Source of the DNA: an uncultured bacterium
GTDB lineage: Bacteria > Omnitrophota > Omnitrophia > Omnitrophales > Aquincolibacteriaceae
Assembly (NCBI GenBank): GCA_964410905.1
Contig: CAYPIR010000002.1
Location: 78,665-142,664 of the forward strand
Direction of reading: 5' to 3'
Length of the DNA: 64,000 nt
Under the pieces are notes generated by a model, which was not told the origin of the DNA, searched no databases, and saw only the letters and a program-made list of their open reading frames with translations. This document shows positions 48,337 through 60,700 of this stretch, piece by piece; position 1 is the first letter of the stretch; each line of letters opens with the position of its first letter. The translations under genes and the position numbers were made by a program.

Positions 48337-48342
48337 CACAAA

Positions 48343-49095
48343 ATGAATCTTTATCCCGCTATAGATATTTTGGAAGGACAAGTTGTTCGACTAATAAAAG
48401 GCGATTATAACGCGCTTACCGTTTACTCAAATAATCCTGCCGAAATCGCTTTGGAGTGGGATAATGCCGGAACAAATTGGATTCATGTTGTCGATCTTGA
48501 CGGCGCAAGAGATGGACGCCTTGTTAATGAAGACTCCATCAAATCTATTTGCAAATCCGTATCCGCGAAAGTTGAGGTTGGCGGCGGAATAAGAACAAAG
48601 TCTGATATTGAAAAAGTTTTAGAGCTGGGAGCGTCTCGCGTAATACTCGGGACAAAAGCGCTTGAAAAGTTTTTTCTAAAATCAATAGTGTCGGAATTTG
48701 GCGATAAAATCGCGGTAGGAATGGATGTTAGAAACGACAAAGTCAAAACAGCTGGCTGGCTGCGCGATGGAAATATTTCTTATACTGAAGCCATTGATAT
48801 GTTCAATGAACTTGGTGTTGCCACTCTAATTTATACCGATATTGAGAAAGACGGCGTTTTGAACGGTCCTAACTGGGAAAAACTCCAACATGTTTTAGAG
48901 AAAAGCAATTCGCGAATTATTCTGTCTGGCGGCATTAGTAAAATAGATGATATTAAACGCTGCTACGAGATGGCGCATACGAGGTTTGAAGGTGTCATTA
49001 TCGGCAAAGCTTTGTATGACAAAAAATTCACTTTAGAAGATGCTGTAAAACTTGGTCAGAACAGAGAAAAAGGAGGCTTCAAAAATGGACGCTAA
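48343..49095 (+). CDS. hisA: ProFAR isomerase
   Basis: LYPAIDILEGQVVRL…VDLDGA…GGGIR. Confidence 0.85.
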   Translation: MNLYPAIDILEGQVVRLIKGDYNALTVYSNNPAEIALEWDNAGTNWIHVVDLDGARDGRLVNEDSIKSICKSVSAKVEVGGGIRTKSDIEKVLELGASRVILGTKALEKFFLKSIVSEFGDKIAVGMDVRNDKVKTAGWLRDGNISYTEAIDMFNELGVATLIYTDIEKDGVLNGPNWEKLQHVLEKSNSRIILSGGISKIDDIKRCYEMAHTRFEGVIIGKALYDKKFTLEDAVKLGQNREKGGFKNGR

Positions 49096-49486
49096 CAATT
49101 TTTTTCAGACTATTTTAGGCGAACGCAATTGGACTTGGGCGCTTGCCGGACTTGCTTATCTTTTTGCATTTCTTATCGTGAGACATTTTTTTATGCGCTC
49201 GCTTATTAAACGGGCAAAAGGGCTTCAGTCAAAATGGCTCAAAGAAATTAAAATCTTATATTCAAAGCAATGCTATGGAGGCTGGATTCTTTTTATGGTT
49301 TCCTTTTTCCTTTTTGTTTTTGTTTGGGAAACAGGAAATTTTAATTCACCTTCTCTATACGAAATAGGCATCGATTCAATTATTGTTCTGACGCTCCTTC
49401 TGGCAATTATTTCTCATATTATCGCGTTTGGATTCTCAACTATTCAAATTCTAAAACGCCTTGAAAACAATCAGATGACGCTATAA
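49085..49486 (+). CDS. hypothetical integral membrane protein inserted between hisA and hisF
   Basis: AGGAGG RBS before ATG 49085. ~4 predicted TM helices. No recognisable family. Confidence 0.4.
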   Translation: MDANNFFQTILGERNWTWALAGLAYLFAFLIVRHFFMRSLIKRAKGLQSKWLKEIKILYSKQCYGGWILFMVSFFLFVFVWETGNFNSPSLYEIGIDSIIVLTLLLAIISHIIAFGFSTIQILKRLENNQMTL

Positions 49487-49490
49487 CTAT

Positions 49491-50249
49491 ATGTTTGCCC
49501 GTCGAATTATTCCGTGTCTTGATATTGCCGATGGTCGCGTAGTAAAAGGAGTTAAGTTTGTGTCCCTTAAAGACGCGGGCGATCCCGTGTCTTGCGCCCA
49601 AGCCTACAATCAGCAAAACGCCGATGAACTTGTTTTTTTAGACATAACCGCTTCGCATGAAAAACGCAAAACTTTGATTGATCTGGCAGAAAAAGTTGCC
49701 TCATCTATTTTTATTCCATTCACCGTAGGCGGAGGAATAAATACCATAACTGATATTCGCGAGCTTTTAAAAACTGGCTGCGACAAAGTTTCAATCAATA
49801 CTTCCGCAGTAAAAAATCCAAAATTTATTTTAGAAGCCGCAAAACGTTTTGGCAGACAATGCATTGTCGTGGCAATTGACGCTAAAAAAGAAGCGCAAGA
49901 CAAATGGGGCGTTTATACCCATGGCGGAAGATGTTTGGCAAATCTTGACGCCATAAAATGGGCAAAACAAGCTGAAAAACTTGGCGCGGGCGAAATACTT
50001 TTGACTAGCATGGATGCGGACGGAACAAAAAACGGCTACGATTTGGAGCTGACTCGTAAAATATCAGAATCTGTTCGTATCCCAGTTATCGCGTCGGGAG
50101 GAGCTGGAAACTTGCGTCATATTTACGAAGCCTTCAGCAAGGGAAAGGCAGACGCGTGTCTTGCCGCTTCGATATTCCATTTTGGGCAATTCACGATTCC
50201 AGAAACTAAAGCTTTTCTAAAATCAAAGGGCGTTCCGGTGAGGTTTTGA
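49491..50249 (+). CDS. hisF: imidazole glycerol phosphate synthase, cyclase subunit
   Basis: [18 protein letters not shown]…GDP. Confidence 0.9.
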   Translation: MFARRIIPCLDIADGRVVKGVKFVSLKDAGDPVSCAQAYNQQNADELVFLDITASHEKRKTLIDLAEKVASSIFIPFTVGGGINTITDIRELLKTGCDKVSINTSAVKNPKFILEAAKRFGRQCIVVAIDAKKEAQDKWGVYTHGGRCLANLDAIKWAKQAEKLGAGEILLTSMDADGTKNGYDLELTRKISESVRIPVIASGGAGNLRHIYEAFSKGKADACLAASIFHFGQFTIPETKAFLKSKGVPVRF

Positions 50250-50250
50250 A

Positions 50251-51069
50251 ATGAAAAAAATTTCTTTTTTTCTTATTTTCACATTTTTTATTTTTTTTCT
50301 TTATGGTTGCGCATCTAACAAAGAACCTGAAGTTACCTGCGGCGCGTGTGTCGCTCCAAAACCTCTGAATCTTGATACTCTTTCAAACGACCATATTACG
50401 CAAGTAAAAAAAATTATTGCGACTCTCAAACCTTATATTGATTCATTAGATAAATCCGGGAAACTGCCATATCTTTCGCTAACGGATTTGCAATCGCGCC
50501 TTGAGTCTAGAGATTTCACTCTTTTATCATCATTTCGTCTTATCGATCCGGCAGAACTTGGCACCGCTTCAAAGTTTCAAGGTTTCTCGTATGGCGACCC
50601 AGCGCTTGTAAAACTTGAAAATCAAACTATTACTCTTAATGGCAAAAAGACAAAAATTCCTCCACAATTCTTAACCGCGCAAGTCTACGCGGCATATGAG
50701 GCAATGTCGCAGGCAATGGAAAAAGATTTGGGCAAGCGGCTTTATATAGAATCGGCTTACAGGTCAAGCGCTTATCAACTTTATCTCTTCGTTTTCTATC
50801 TACAAAATCACGACTATTCAATACGCGAAACTGCAAAGTGGGTTGCGTTGCCGGGCTATAGCGAGCACGGAAACACAACTCATCTCGCTCTGGATTTTAT
50901 CAATCAAAATGGCATTAGTGGCGAAACAGACCCGCAAGCCTTTGAGAATTTAATTGAATATAAATGGCTGGAGAAAAACGCGCATTTATTCGGTTTTGTT
51001 TTATCCTATCCTAAGTCATCGCAAGATGATGTAACTTTTGAGCCTTGGCATTGGCGTTTTGACCGATAA
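50251..51069 (+). CDS. lipoprotein with M15B (VanY-like) D-Ala-D-Ala carboxypeptidase domain
   Basis: Signal peptide + lipobox (FFLYGC). M15 motifs GYSEHGNTTHLALDF (SxHxxGxAxD) and EPWHWRF. Confidence 0.6.
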   Translation: MKKISFFLIFTFFIFFLYGCASNKEPEVTCGACVAPKPLNLDTLSNDHITQVKKIIATLKPYIDSLDKSGKLPYLSLTDLQSRLESRDFTLLSSFRLIDPAELGTASKFQGFSYGDPALVKLENQTITLNGKKTKIPPQFLTAQVYAAYEAMSQAMEKDLGKRLYIESAYRSSAYQLYLFVFYLQNHDYSIRETAKWVALPGYSEHGNTTHLALDFINQNGISGETDPQAFENLIEYKWLEKNAHLFGFVLSYPKSSQDDVTFEPWHWRFDR

Positions 51070-51187
51070 ACCCGTTTATGCCCAATTTTAAAGTGTGCCT
51101 ACTTGACACATTTTGTAATATAGGGCATACATAGCAGCCGCCTCTTATAAATATCTGCAAATTTAATACCATAAAAGGAGTAATTTA

Positions 51188-51568
51188 ATGGAAAATCTAA
51201 AATATAACGAACAAGGGCTTTTGCCGGTAATTATTCAAGACTCCAAATCCGGAGAAGTCTTGATGCTTGCTTATATGGACAAAACGGCTGTGGAAAGAAC
51301 TCTCAAAGAAAAACACACTGTTTTTTATTCCCGTTCCAGAAATAAATATTGGGTAAAAGGCGAAGAATCAGGGCATACCCAGTCGGTATGTCAGGTGTTA
51401 ACCGATTGCGATAAAGACACTTTGCTCGTTAAAGTGATACAAGAAAAAGGCGGAGCGTGTCATCTCGGCTACCGGACATGTTTCGTTCACGAAATGAATG
51501 AGTCGGGTGATGTTACTCGCGTAACGCAGGAAAAGATTTTTAATCCAGAAAAAATTTATAAAAAATGA
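51188..51568 (+). CDS. hisI: phosphoribosyl-AMP cyclohydrolase (HisI only, no HisE domain)
   Basis: GLLPVIIQD…MLAYM…TVFYSRSR…WVKGEESGH…C. 126 aa. Confidence 0.8.
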   Translation: MENLKYNEQGLLPVIIQDSKSGEVLMLAYMDKTAVERTLKEKHTVFYSRSRNKYWVKGEESGHTQSVCQVLTDCDKDTLLVKVIQEKGGACHLGYRTCFVHEMNESGDVTRVTQEKIFNPEKIYKK

Positions 51569-53037
51569 TTAGTCCAAACTTTGATGATTTTAAAAAAATC
51601 GCCAAAAAAGGCAATCTAGTCGCCGTTGTCGAAACCTTTCCTGCCGACTTGGAAACGCCCGTATCAAGTTTTTTGAAAATCAGTAAAAACTCAAAATACG
51701 CGTTCTTACTCGAATCGGCTGAACAGACAGAAAAAATCGGACGCTTTTCATTTCTTGGAATTAATCCCGCTGCAGTTTACAGCGCCACAAATGACGGGGT
51801 TACTGTTATCGAGAACAGTAAAAAAAATGTTTTGAAAAACAAAAAAATCCTTAGCGTTTTAAATAACGAACTCGCGGCGCGAAAGCTCGCGAATCCCGAA
51901 GCTTTTCCCGGTCTGCCGGGCGGTTTTATCGGTTATCTTTCATATGAAAACGTTCAGGATTTTGAAAAAATAAAACTTACTCCCAAAAAAGATGTCGGTT
52001 TTCCGCTTAGTATTTTTTTTCGCGCAGAAGATTTTGTGGTTTTTGACCATTTTAGAAAAACGCTTTCCGTTGTCGTTCTGGCTGATTTAAAAAAAAATAA
52101 GTCCGAAAAATCCGCTTATGCCAAAACTCTGCAACGAATGAGCAATTACAAAACTCTATTAAAACGTCCAATAGAGATTCCAAAGCCGACAAAAAAAATT
52201 GCCCCTAAGAAAATCACGTCAAACATGACGCGAAATGAATATGAGTCAAAAGTCCGCCGAATTAAAAAATACATAAATGCGGGCGATTGTATTCAAGTTG
52301 TTTTATCGCAAAGATTCCAATTTGAGCATGAGGGCGATGATTTTCAAATTTATCGAGCTCTGCGTTCAATAAATCCCTCTCCTTATATGTTTTACTTTAG
52401 AAGCGGAGATCATCGTCTCATAGGAGCGTCTCCCGAACTTCTTGTAAAAAAGACTGGACGGCTTGCTGAGGTTCGGCCGATTGCCGGAACCCGTCCGCGC
52501 GGAGCTGATGAACAAAAAGACTTGCAACGCGAAAAACAACTTAAATCGTCAGTAAAGGAAATGGCAGAACATCTTATGCTGGTAGATTTGGGCAGGAATG
52601 ATTTGGGACGCGTGTCAGAATTTAAAACTGTTAAAGTAAACGGGTTTGCGTTTGTCGAACGCTATTCCCATGTAATGCATCTTGTAAGCCGAGTGCAGGG
52701 AATACTAAAAAAAGAAAAGTCTACGATGGATCTTTTGTGTTCGACATTTCCGGCTGGAACTTTGTCGGGCGCGCCCAAAATTCGCGCGATGCAAATTATT
52801 GATGAGCTGGAACCCGAAGCGCGCGGTCCATACGGCGGATGTTTTGGCTACTTTGACTACAATGGGGATATGGATATGTGCATTACTATTCGCACACTTA
52901 TGTTGCACAAAAACAAGGTTTTTTTGCAAGCAGGCGCAGGCATTGTCAGTGATTCCAACCCCGAAAAAGAATATATAGAAACTGTCAACAAATCCCGCGC
53001 GCTGTTAAAGGCTATGGAAGAGCGGTTTCTTTTTTAG
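51565..53037 (+). CDS. trpE: anthranilate synthase component I
   Basis: Chorismate-binding domain (…[14 protein letters not shown]…). ATGA overlap with the hisI stop. Confidence 0.85.
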   Translation: MISPNFDDFKKIAKKGNLVAVVETFPADLETPVSSFLKISKNSKYAFLLESAEQTEKIGRFSFLGINPAAVYSATNDGVTVIENSKKNVLKNKKILSVLNNELAARKLANPEAFPGLPGGFIGYLSYENVQDFEKIKLTPKKDVGFPLSIFFRAEDFVVFDHFRKTLSVVVLADLKKNKSEKSAYAKTLQRMSNYKTLLKRPIEIPKPTKKIAPKKITSNMTRNEYESKVRRIKKYINAGDCIQVVLSQRFQFEHEGDDFQIYRALRSINPSPYMFYFRSGDHRLIGASPELLVKKTGRLAEVRPIAGTRPRGADEQKDLQREKQLKSSVKEMAEHLMLVDLGRNDLGRVSEFKTVKVNGFAFVERYSHVMHLVSRVQGILKKEKSTMDLLCSTFPAGTLSGAPKIRAMQIIDELEPEARGPYGGCFGYFDYNGDMDMCITIRTLMLHKNKVFLQAGAGIVSDSNPEKEYIETVNKSRALLKAMEERFLF

Positions 53038-53054
53038 AGAGGATATGGCGCAAA

Positions 53055-53624
53055 ATGCTGCTGGTCATCGATAATTACGATTCGTTTACATATAATTTGG
53101 TTCAGTATTTTGGCGAGTTAAACGCAAAGCCGATAACTGTCCGTAATGATGAAATTACTATTGGAAAAATAAAAAAACTAAGTCCCGACCAGATTCTTAT
53201 TTCGCCGGGACCTTGCACGCCGAAAGAAGCTGGTATTTCCCGTGAAGTCCTTCAAGAATTTAGCGGTAAAATCCCAATATTAGGAGTTTGCCTTGGACAT
53301 CAGGCTATTGGCGATGTGTTTGGAGGAAAAGTGGTGCCCGCGAAACGGGCAATGCACGGGAAAATTTCACTTGTTCATCATAATAACGATCCAATTTTTA
53401 ACGGTGTTTCAAACCCTTTTAAAGCCACGCGTTATCATTCACTCTTAGTTGAAAAACGCTCGCTGCCCAAAATTCTTGAAATAACGGCTTGGACTGCAGA
53501 TGGCGAAATTATGGGACTTAAGCACAAGAAACATTCAACATGGGGGCTGCAATTTCATCCCGAATCAATTATGACTGAATCGGGAATGCGAATGGTAAAA
53601 AATTTTTTGGAGCTTTCAAAATGA
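53055..53624 (+). CDS. trpG: anthranilate synthase component II (GATase)
   Basis: [17 protein letters not shown]…[10 protein letters not shown]…FHPES. Confidence 0.8.
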   Translation: MLLVIDNYDSFTYNLVQYFGELNAKPITVRNDEITIGKIKKLSPDQILISPGPCTPKEAGISREVLQEFSGKIPILGVCLGHQAIGDVFGGKVVPAKRAMHGKISLVHHNNDPIFNGVSNPFKATRYHSLLVEKRSLPKILEITAWTADGEIMGLKHKKHSTWGLQFHPESIMTESGMRMVKNFLELSK

Positions 53625-54676
53625 AATCGGCTCTCGGCATATCACAAAAAAGAACATTTGAAACACTTGTAGCCAAGCTCGCGAATGGCAAATCTCTTTC
53701 GCGAAATGACGCTCACAGGTCTTTCTCGTGGCTTTTTACTGAACGGCTTTCTTTTCAACAAGCAAAAACTTTTTTGCTTTTGATAACAAAAAAAGGCGAG
53801 ACCGCCAATGAACTTTTAGGCTGCCTTGAAGCATTGCAGGAGCTTGAGAAACCCATAAGAACAAGAATTTCCGGACTCATGGATACGTGCGGAACGGGCG
53901 GAGACGGGAGCCAAACGCTCAATGTTTCAACCCTAGTATCTCTTGTTATAGCCGCGGCAGGAGGAAAAATCGCGAAACACGGCAACCGAGCTGTTTCATC
54001 AAAATCCGGCAGTTCCGACTTGATGGAAGCGTTTGGCGTGAAACTTCACGCCTTTCCGCAAAAAATGATTCAAGCGCTAAAACGCTCGGGACTGGGATAT
54101 TTTCACGCGCCTGTTTATCATCCTGTATTTGCAAAAATGCAGCCTTTGCGGCAAGCAATAAAACGTCGGACAATTTTAAATTTGCTTGGTCCGCTTGTAA
54201 ATCCAATGCGTCTTGACTATCAACTTGTCGGCGTGGCGCAAAAACGCCTTGTTCCGCTTTACGCAAAAGTTCTTTCAAAATTATCAAGAAAAGCGTCTCT
54301 TGTGTGTCATAGCGAAGACGGCATGGACGAAATATCAACTTCTGCCACAACAACCGCCGCGTGGGTAACGCCGGGCCGCGTCCGCATGACCGCTATAAAC
54401 CCGTCATCGCTTGGACTTTTACAAGCAAAAACTGAGGACTTAAAAGTCGATTCAGTTTACAAAAGCAAACAGCGCGCGGAAGATATTTTAGCTGGAAAAG
54501 ACAGAAGCGCGGCGCGGGATATGATTGTCTTGAATGCCGCTTACGGACTTCTTCTTTGCCAAAAAGTAAAATCTGTCCCCGAAGGAATAACGCTGGCCAA
54601 TAAAGCTCTTGATAGCGGAAAGGCGCTTGGCGTTTTGGAACAACTCAAAACGTTATCAAATGAATATGATTCTTAA
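53621..54676 (+). CDS. trpD: anthranilate phosphoribosyltransferase
   Basis: [32 protein letters not shown]. Confidence 0.85.
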   Translation: MKSALGISQKRTFETLVAKLANGKSLSRNDAHRSFSWLFTERLSFQQAKTFLLLITKKGETANELLGCLEALQELEKPIRTRISGLMDTCGTGGDGSQTLNVSTLVSLVIAAAGGKIAKHGNRAVSSKSGSSDLMEAFGVKLHAFPQKMIQALKRSGLGYFHAPVYHPVFAKMQPLRQAIKRRTILNLLGPLVNPMRLDYQLVGVAQKRLVPLYAKVLSKLSRKASLVCHSEDGMDEISTSATTTAAWVTPGRVRMTAINPSSLGLLQAKTEDLKVDSVYKSKQRAEDILAGKDRSAARDMIVLNAAYGLLLCQKVKSVPEGITLANKALDSGKALGVLEQLKTLSNEYDS

Positions 54677-55478
54677 CGATATTCTCATTCAAAAAAGAAA
54701 AGATTTAGACGAGCTTAAACTTCGCATGCCTCTTGCGCGCTTGCGAAAAATAGTCGAGCAAACGGAACGAAAAAATATCCGCTCGTTCAAAAATGCCATT
54801 TTATCCGTTAAGCATTTAAACATCATAGCGGAACTCAAAAAAGCGTCTCCGTCTGAGGGCGTTATTTGTGAAAACTTTCAGCCGTTGCGCATCGCGAGCA
54901 TTTATGAATTTGCGGGCGCGAGCGCGATTTCCGTTCTTACTGAATCGCATTTTTTTAAGGGCCGTCCAAGTTATTTGAAGACAGTCCGTCAAGTTACAAA
55001 ACTTCCTCTTCTTAGAAAAGATTTCATCTTTGATCCATTTCAAATTTATGAAACAGCGCTCCTTGAAGCCGACGCGTTTTTGCTTATTGCCGCAATATTA
55101 ACCGAGGAAGAATTGCGAAGCCTGATTCAGCTGGGGGAGTCTTTAAGAATGGACGCTTTGGTTGAAATTCATTCTGAGGAAGAACTGAAAAAAGCAATCG
55201 CCGCCGGCGCACGCATCATAGGAATAAATAATCGCGATTTAAGAACCTTGTCTGTCGATTCAAACCGTGGAAAAAATTTAATACCTCATATACCAAAAGG
55301 AATTACGATTGTCATTGAAAGCGGATTAACAAATCATGATGAATTGCTTGCGTATAAAAGCCTTGGAGTAAACGCATTTCTGATAGGAACAAGTCTTGTA
55401 AAGTCTAAGGACATAGCAGCCGCTCTTCAAAACCTTCTCGGACAAAAAAACACATCCAGTGCTGCCGAACTGCCATGA
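54660..55478 (+). CDS. trpC: indole-3-glycerol phosphate synthase
   Basis: …IIAELKKASPSEG…, LIGTSL… The start overlaps the trpD end. Confidence 0.8.
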   Translation: MNMILNDILIQKRKDLDELKLRMPLARLRKIVEQTERKNIRSFKNAILSVKHLNIIAELKKASPSEGVICENFQPLRIASIYEFAGASAISVLTESHFFKGRPSYLKTVRQVTKLPLLRKDFIFDPFQIYETALLEADAFLLIAAILTEEELRSLIQLGESLRMDALVEIHSEEELKKAIAAGARIIGINNRDLRTLSVDSNRGKNLIPHIPKGITIVIESGLTNHDELLAYKSLGVNAFLIGTSLVKSKDIAAALQNLLGQKNTSSAAELP

Positions 55479-56098
55479 CTCGAATAAAAATTTGCGGAAA
55501 TACCGAATATGATACATCACGTTTAGCCATAGATTTGGGCGCAGATTATTTAGGGTTTATCTTTACACCGAAGAGCAAACGGTATATTGATTTCCTGCGC
55601 GCCGCGGATATCTTTTCAAGACTAAAAGATTTCCCAAACAAAGTCGGCGTTTTTTTAAATCAAGATATAAACGAAGTTGAGAAAATAGCCGCGGAACTCG
55701 ATTTGCAAATCCTTCAATTTCATGGCGATGAGTCTTCAGAGTATTGCGGTTATTTTTCCAATAAAGGTTACAAAATAATCAAAACTATTTCAATTCAAAC
55801 TGAATTGGACGCAATCAAAGTCAAAAATTACGCGACTCCATTTTTTTTATTCGATACATACATAAAAGACGAACCCGGTGGGACCGGAAAGATATTTGAT
55901 TGGAGAGGCATAAAAAAGGCTGATTATGTTCACAATAAACTTTTTCTAGCGGGCGGCTTAAATCCCGAAAATGTTTCAACATCTATAAAAACGGTCCGTC
56001 CATTCGCGGTCGATGTCGCAAGCGGCGTGGAGATCGCACCGGGCAAAAAATCTCCGGAACTTTTAAAATCTTTTATAACACAAGCAAAGTCTGCTTAA
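55475..56098 (+). CDS. trpF: phosphoribosylanthranilate isomerase
   Basis: MTRIKICGNT…GADYLGFIF…VGVF… No trpB/trpA follows. Confidence 0.75.
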   Translation: MTRIKICGNTEYDTSRLAIDLGADYLGFIFTPKSKRYIDFLRAADIFSRLKDFPNKVGVFLNQDINEVEKIAAELDLQILQFHGDESSEYCGYFSNKGYKIIKTISIQTELDAIKVKNYATPFFLFDTYIKDEPGGTGKIFDWRGIKKADYVHNKLFLAGGLNPENVSTSIKTVRPFAVDVASGVEIAPGKKSPELLKSFITQAKSA

Positions 56099-56102
56099 TC
56101 AT

Positions 56103-57278
56103 ATGAACGAAAAACTAGAATTCTTAAAGCGTCTTAAACCAAAACTTTCGCTTATCGAAAAAGATTCTTTATACGAACAACTTCTTGATGCTGTCGCTAG
56201 CCAAACGCTTCTGATAGACACTATTGAAAATTTAGAAGAAACCGTTTTTCTAACAAACGATATCGCTCAAACAATTTACGCGAATCAAAAAGCAGCTGTA
56301 ACGCTTGGCGTCTCGCTAACCAAAACTCGCAGATTTGTATGGGAACAAATAGCGGACGATTCAATCAGCCGTTTTTTAGAACATAATTTGTTGAAAACAA
56401 AAAATAAAACGGTTCGTGATTTTAAAGTCATTACACCGCGAGAACTGATTCTTAGACTCACTGTAATTCCTCTTGAACAAAACGATAAAAAAATATTCGC
56501 GCTCATTTTTAACGACATCTCATCGCGACGCAGCAAAGAATCCGAAGCTCTCATACTATCCAAGATGGAAAGTCTTGTCCGTCTTGCAAGCGGGATCGCT
56601 CACGAAATCGGCAATCCGCTAAACGCCATCACAATACATCTTGAAATCTTAAAAAAGCGGCTTTCTTCGTTGCCGAGTAACAAACGGCAAGTATTAAATG
56701 AGTCTTTGATGGAAATCCAAGATGAAACACGAAGACTGGATAAAGTTATTCGAAATTTTTTAAAAGCCACGCGAAAGCCTCCGCTTCGTTTTCGCCAAGA
56801 CAGCTTGAATGAAATAATCGGCGAGGCATTGTCATTTATGAAACCGCAGCTTGCACGCGGCAATATACATTCACAGGTTAAATACGATGAAAGTTTGCCG
56901 TCATTTTTGATGGACAAAGACAGACTTTATTCAGTGTTCATTAATCTCATTAAAAATGCTGAAGAGTCCATGTCGGGACGCGACGGAACATTAAAAGTTC
57001 AAACAGCAAGAAAAAACAACTGCGCGGTTATCAGTATTACCGACACGGGCTGCGGAATAGATAAAAAAAATATCGATAAAATTTTCGACATCTACTACAC
57101 AACCAAAAGAGAAGGCTCTGGGCTGGGATTGATGATGGTATATGATTCAATCGCTGAACACGGCGGAAAAATCGAAGTCAAAAGCAAATTGCAAAAAGGC
57201 ACAACATTTAAAATAATTTTGCCGATACGTGAGCCGCAGCTTCAATTGCCTCATTATCAAAGTAGCGCGGAGGAATAA
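56103..57278 (+). CDS. cytoplasmic sensor histidine kinase
   Basis: H-box SGIAHEIGNPLNAI; HATPase N/G boxes (NLIKNAEES…, TDTGCGI, GSGLGL). No TM segment. Confidence 0.7.
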   Translation: MNEKLEFLKRLKPKLSLIEKDSLYEQLLDAVASQTLLIDTIENLEETVFLTNDIAQTIYANQKAAVTLGVSLTKTRRFVWEQIADDSISRFLEHNLLKTKNKTVRDFKVITPRELILRLTVIPLEQNDKKIFALIFNDISSRRSKESEALILSKMESLVRLASGIAHEIGNPLNAITIHLEILKKRLSSLPSNKRQVLNESLMEIQDETRRLDKVIRNFLKATRKPPLRFRQDSLNEIIGEALSFMKPQLARGNIHSQVKYDESLPSFLMDKDRLYSVFINLIKNAEESMSGRDGTLKVQTARKNNCAVISITDTGCGIDKKNIDKIFDIYYTTKREGSGLGLMMVYDSIAEHGGKIEVKSKLQKGTTFKIILPIREPQLQLPHYQSSAEE

Positions 57279-57280
57279 CT

Positions 57281-58645
57281 ATGTTTGAAAGTATTTTACT
57301 TGTAGAAGACGAGTCATCTTCCCGCAAGGGTTTAACACAGTTTTTGCAAGCATTAGATTTTGATGTAATCACTGCGGAAAACGGCAAAGAGGCATTGGAG
57401 TTTTTTAAGTCAGAAAAACCAGACCTTGTTATTTCCGATATTAAAATGCCTGAGATGAGCGGAACCGACTTGCTTGACTCAATCAAACAAATATCGCCAA
57501 ACGCAAAAGTAATACTTCTCACAGCTTACGGCTCCGTCGAAGACGCGGTAAAGGCCATGAAAAATGGAGCGTTTTATTATCTGACAAAACCGGTAAACCT
57601 CGAAGAGCTTGAGTTTCTTATAAAAAAAGCTTTCAACAGCCATCAGCTGGAAGAAGAAAATCGCGAGCTAAAACAAGAGCTTTTTCGCGAACGTTACGAT
57701 CAAGGACAGCTTGTCGCTCAATCAAAAAAAATGCGAGAACTTTTAAAAACTGTAGATAAAATTGCCGCTTCAAGCGCCTCTGTTTTGATTGAAGGGGAAA
57801 GCGGAACAGGTAAAGAGTTAATCGCCCGCCGCATCCATGAATTGAGCAGTAGACGGCAATATCCATTTGTTGCCGTTCATTGCGCCGCACTTACGGAAAC
57901 GCTTCTTTCAAGCGAACTTTTTGGACATGAAAAAGGTTCATTTACTGGCGCCGCCGACCGTAAAAAGGGACGATTTGAGCGCGCTCACGAAGGAAGTCTC
58001 TTTCTTGACGAAATAGGCGAAATATCAAAAGACACGCAAGTAAAACTTTTGCGCGTTCTTCAGGAAGGCGAGTTTGAGCGAGTCGGAGGAACAAAAACAA
58101 TTAAAGTAGATGTCCGACTTATCGCGGCCACAAACAAAACTCTCATTGATGAAGTCCACGCCGACAGATTCCGTGAAGACCTCTATTATCGAATAAATGT
58201 AATTTATTTAAAAGTTCCCACGCTGCGTGAAAGAAAAGAAGATGTTCCGCTTCTTGTTGAAACTTTCATTAGACAATACTCACAATCCAATTCAAAGAAA
58301 ATTAAAGGTATTGAAAAAGCTGCGTTGGAGGCGCTTGTTAGTTATGATTGGCCTGGAAATATCCGCGAGCTTAAAAATGTTGTGGAACGTATGATTGTCT
58401 TAAGTTCAAGCGAAATGCTGACGCTCGATTTGATTTCCGAAGATATCCGGCAGAATCAAAATAACCAAATTTTCAAAGATGAGAAAAAAACAATTCCGCT
58501 AACAACAATATGCGATGCCGAGAAAGAGTTAATAAAATCCGCGCTGTCAGTCGCCAATGGAAACAAATCTCTTGCGGCAGAAAAGCTTGGAATATCAAGA
58601 CGAACGCTTTATAGAAAACTGCAAGAGTATTCACTGAAAGATTAA
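57281..58645 (+). CDS. sigma-54-dependent response regulator (NtrC family)
   Basis: REC (DESSSRKG…D…K), AAA+ GESGTGKE, a GAFTGA-like GSFTGA, and a C-terminal Fis HTH. Confidence 0.85.
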   Translation: MFESILLVEDESSSRKGLTQFLQALDFDVITAENGKEALEFFKSEKPDLVISDIKMPEMSGTDLLDSIKQISPNAKVILLTAYGSVEDAVKAMKNGAFYYLTKPVNLEELEFLIKKAFNSHQLEEENRELKQELFRERYDQGQLVAQSKKMRELLKTVDKIAASSASVLIEGESGTGKELIARRIHELSSRRQYPFVAVHCAALTETLLSSELFGHEKGSFTGAADRKKGRFERAHEGSLFLDEIGEISKDTQVKLLRVLQEGEFERVGGTKTIKVDVRLIAATNKTLIDEVHADRFREDLYYRINVIYLKVPTLRERKEDVPLLVETFIRQYSQSNSKKIKGIEKAALEALVSYDWPGNIRELKNVVERMIVLSSSEMLTLDLISEDIRQNQNNQIFKDEKKTIPLTTICDAEKELIKSALSVANGNKSLAAEKLGISRRTLYRKLQEYSLKD

Positions 58646-58671
58646 AAGATACAGATAAGTTCCAATTCAGT

Positions 58672-58699
58672 TTGACAGTAAAAACGGCTTTGATATACT
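58672..58699 (+). promoter_or_regulatory. sigma-70-type promoter upstream of mreB
   Basis: TTGACA-N16-TATACT, read directly, ~50 nt upstream of the mreB ATG. Confidence 0.5.
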
Positions 58700-58730
58700 A
58701 TGGCGTTATTGAGACCTTCGACTTCTTTAA

Positions 58731-59804
<1,074 letters not shown>

Positions 59805-59893
59805 ATTATAAGCGGTTTTAGTTTTCCGCGCCTCCGAAAACGGTTCTCGTGTTACGCTTTTAATTTTCTCTTTTACCGTTCTAATGGAGATTT

Positions 59894-60700
59894 TTGCCCG
59901 TGAAACGCTGGCGTTCCTATTACTTTCTTATTATTCCTATTCTTCTTTTGATTTTTTTCTCCCAACAGCTGCGACTAAATCAATTGCTTCAATCTGCTTT
60001 TTTTTCTATCACTAGACCCGTTTTTTTGTTCGGTTCAACAATCCGTCAAGGTATGTATTCTTTTCGCAATTATTCGGGTAATTTCTTTGTCGCTGTCCAA
60101 AAACAAAAAGAATATTTGGATAAAATCTCAGCCTTAGAACGCCAGCTTGATCAATTTCGTGAAATGGAACGCGAAAATGGGAGGCTTAAAAAATTGCTCG
60201 ATTTTGAAAAACCCATAAAAAGTAAATCAGTTGGCGTGCGCGTAATCGCCGAAGACGCGTCTACTTGGAAAAAAAACGTTCTATTGGACAAAGGAAGCAA
60301 AGACGGTATTAAAAAAGACTGTGTTTTGATAGCCCCTGAAGGGCTTGTCGGACGAGTCCTCGAAGTAACCGCCAGAACTTCTCAAGCAATTTTACTAATT
60401 GATCCGGATTTTCGCGTAAGCGCGCGAACAACGGAAAGCCGCGCGCAAGGCGTGATTGCAGGTTTTGGGACTGAAAAAGTTCAGTTGAGATTTCTGTCTC
60501 TCGATTCCGGCGTATCAATCGGCGAAGAAGTAACAACATCAGGAGTGGGAAGCATTTTCCCGAAAGGAATTTTAATCGGTGTGATTGAATCTATTGGGTG
60601 TGATGAAGACGGTTTGCATTTATTAGCCACAGTAAAACCATCCGTGCCTTTTTCCAAACTAGAAGAAATGTTATGCCTCACATCTATTCAACACGAGTAA
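59894..60700 (+). CDS. mreC: rod-shape determining protein MreC
   Basis: N-terminal TM, coiled coil, and a C-terminal beta domain (GLVGRVLEV…). TTG/GTG start. Confidence 0.65.
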   Translation: MPVKRWRSYYFLIIPILLLIFFSQQLRLNQLLQSAFFSITRPVFLFGSTIRQGMYSFRNYSGNFFVAVQKQKEYLDKISALERQLDQFREMERENGRLKKLLDFEKPIKSKSVGVRVIAEDASTWKKNVLLDKGSKDGIKKDCVLIAPEGLVGRVLEVTARTSQAILLIDPDFRVSARTTESRAQGVIAGFGTEKVQLRFLSLDSGVSIGEEVTTSGVGSIFPKGILIGVIESIGCDEDGLHLLATVKPSVPFSKLEEMLCLTSIQHE

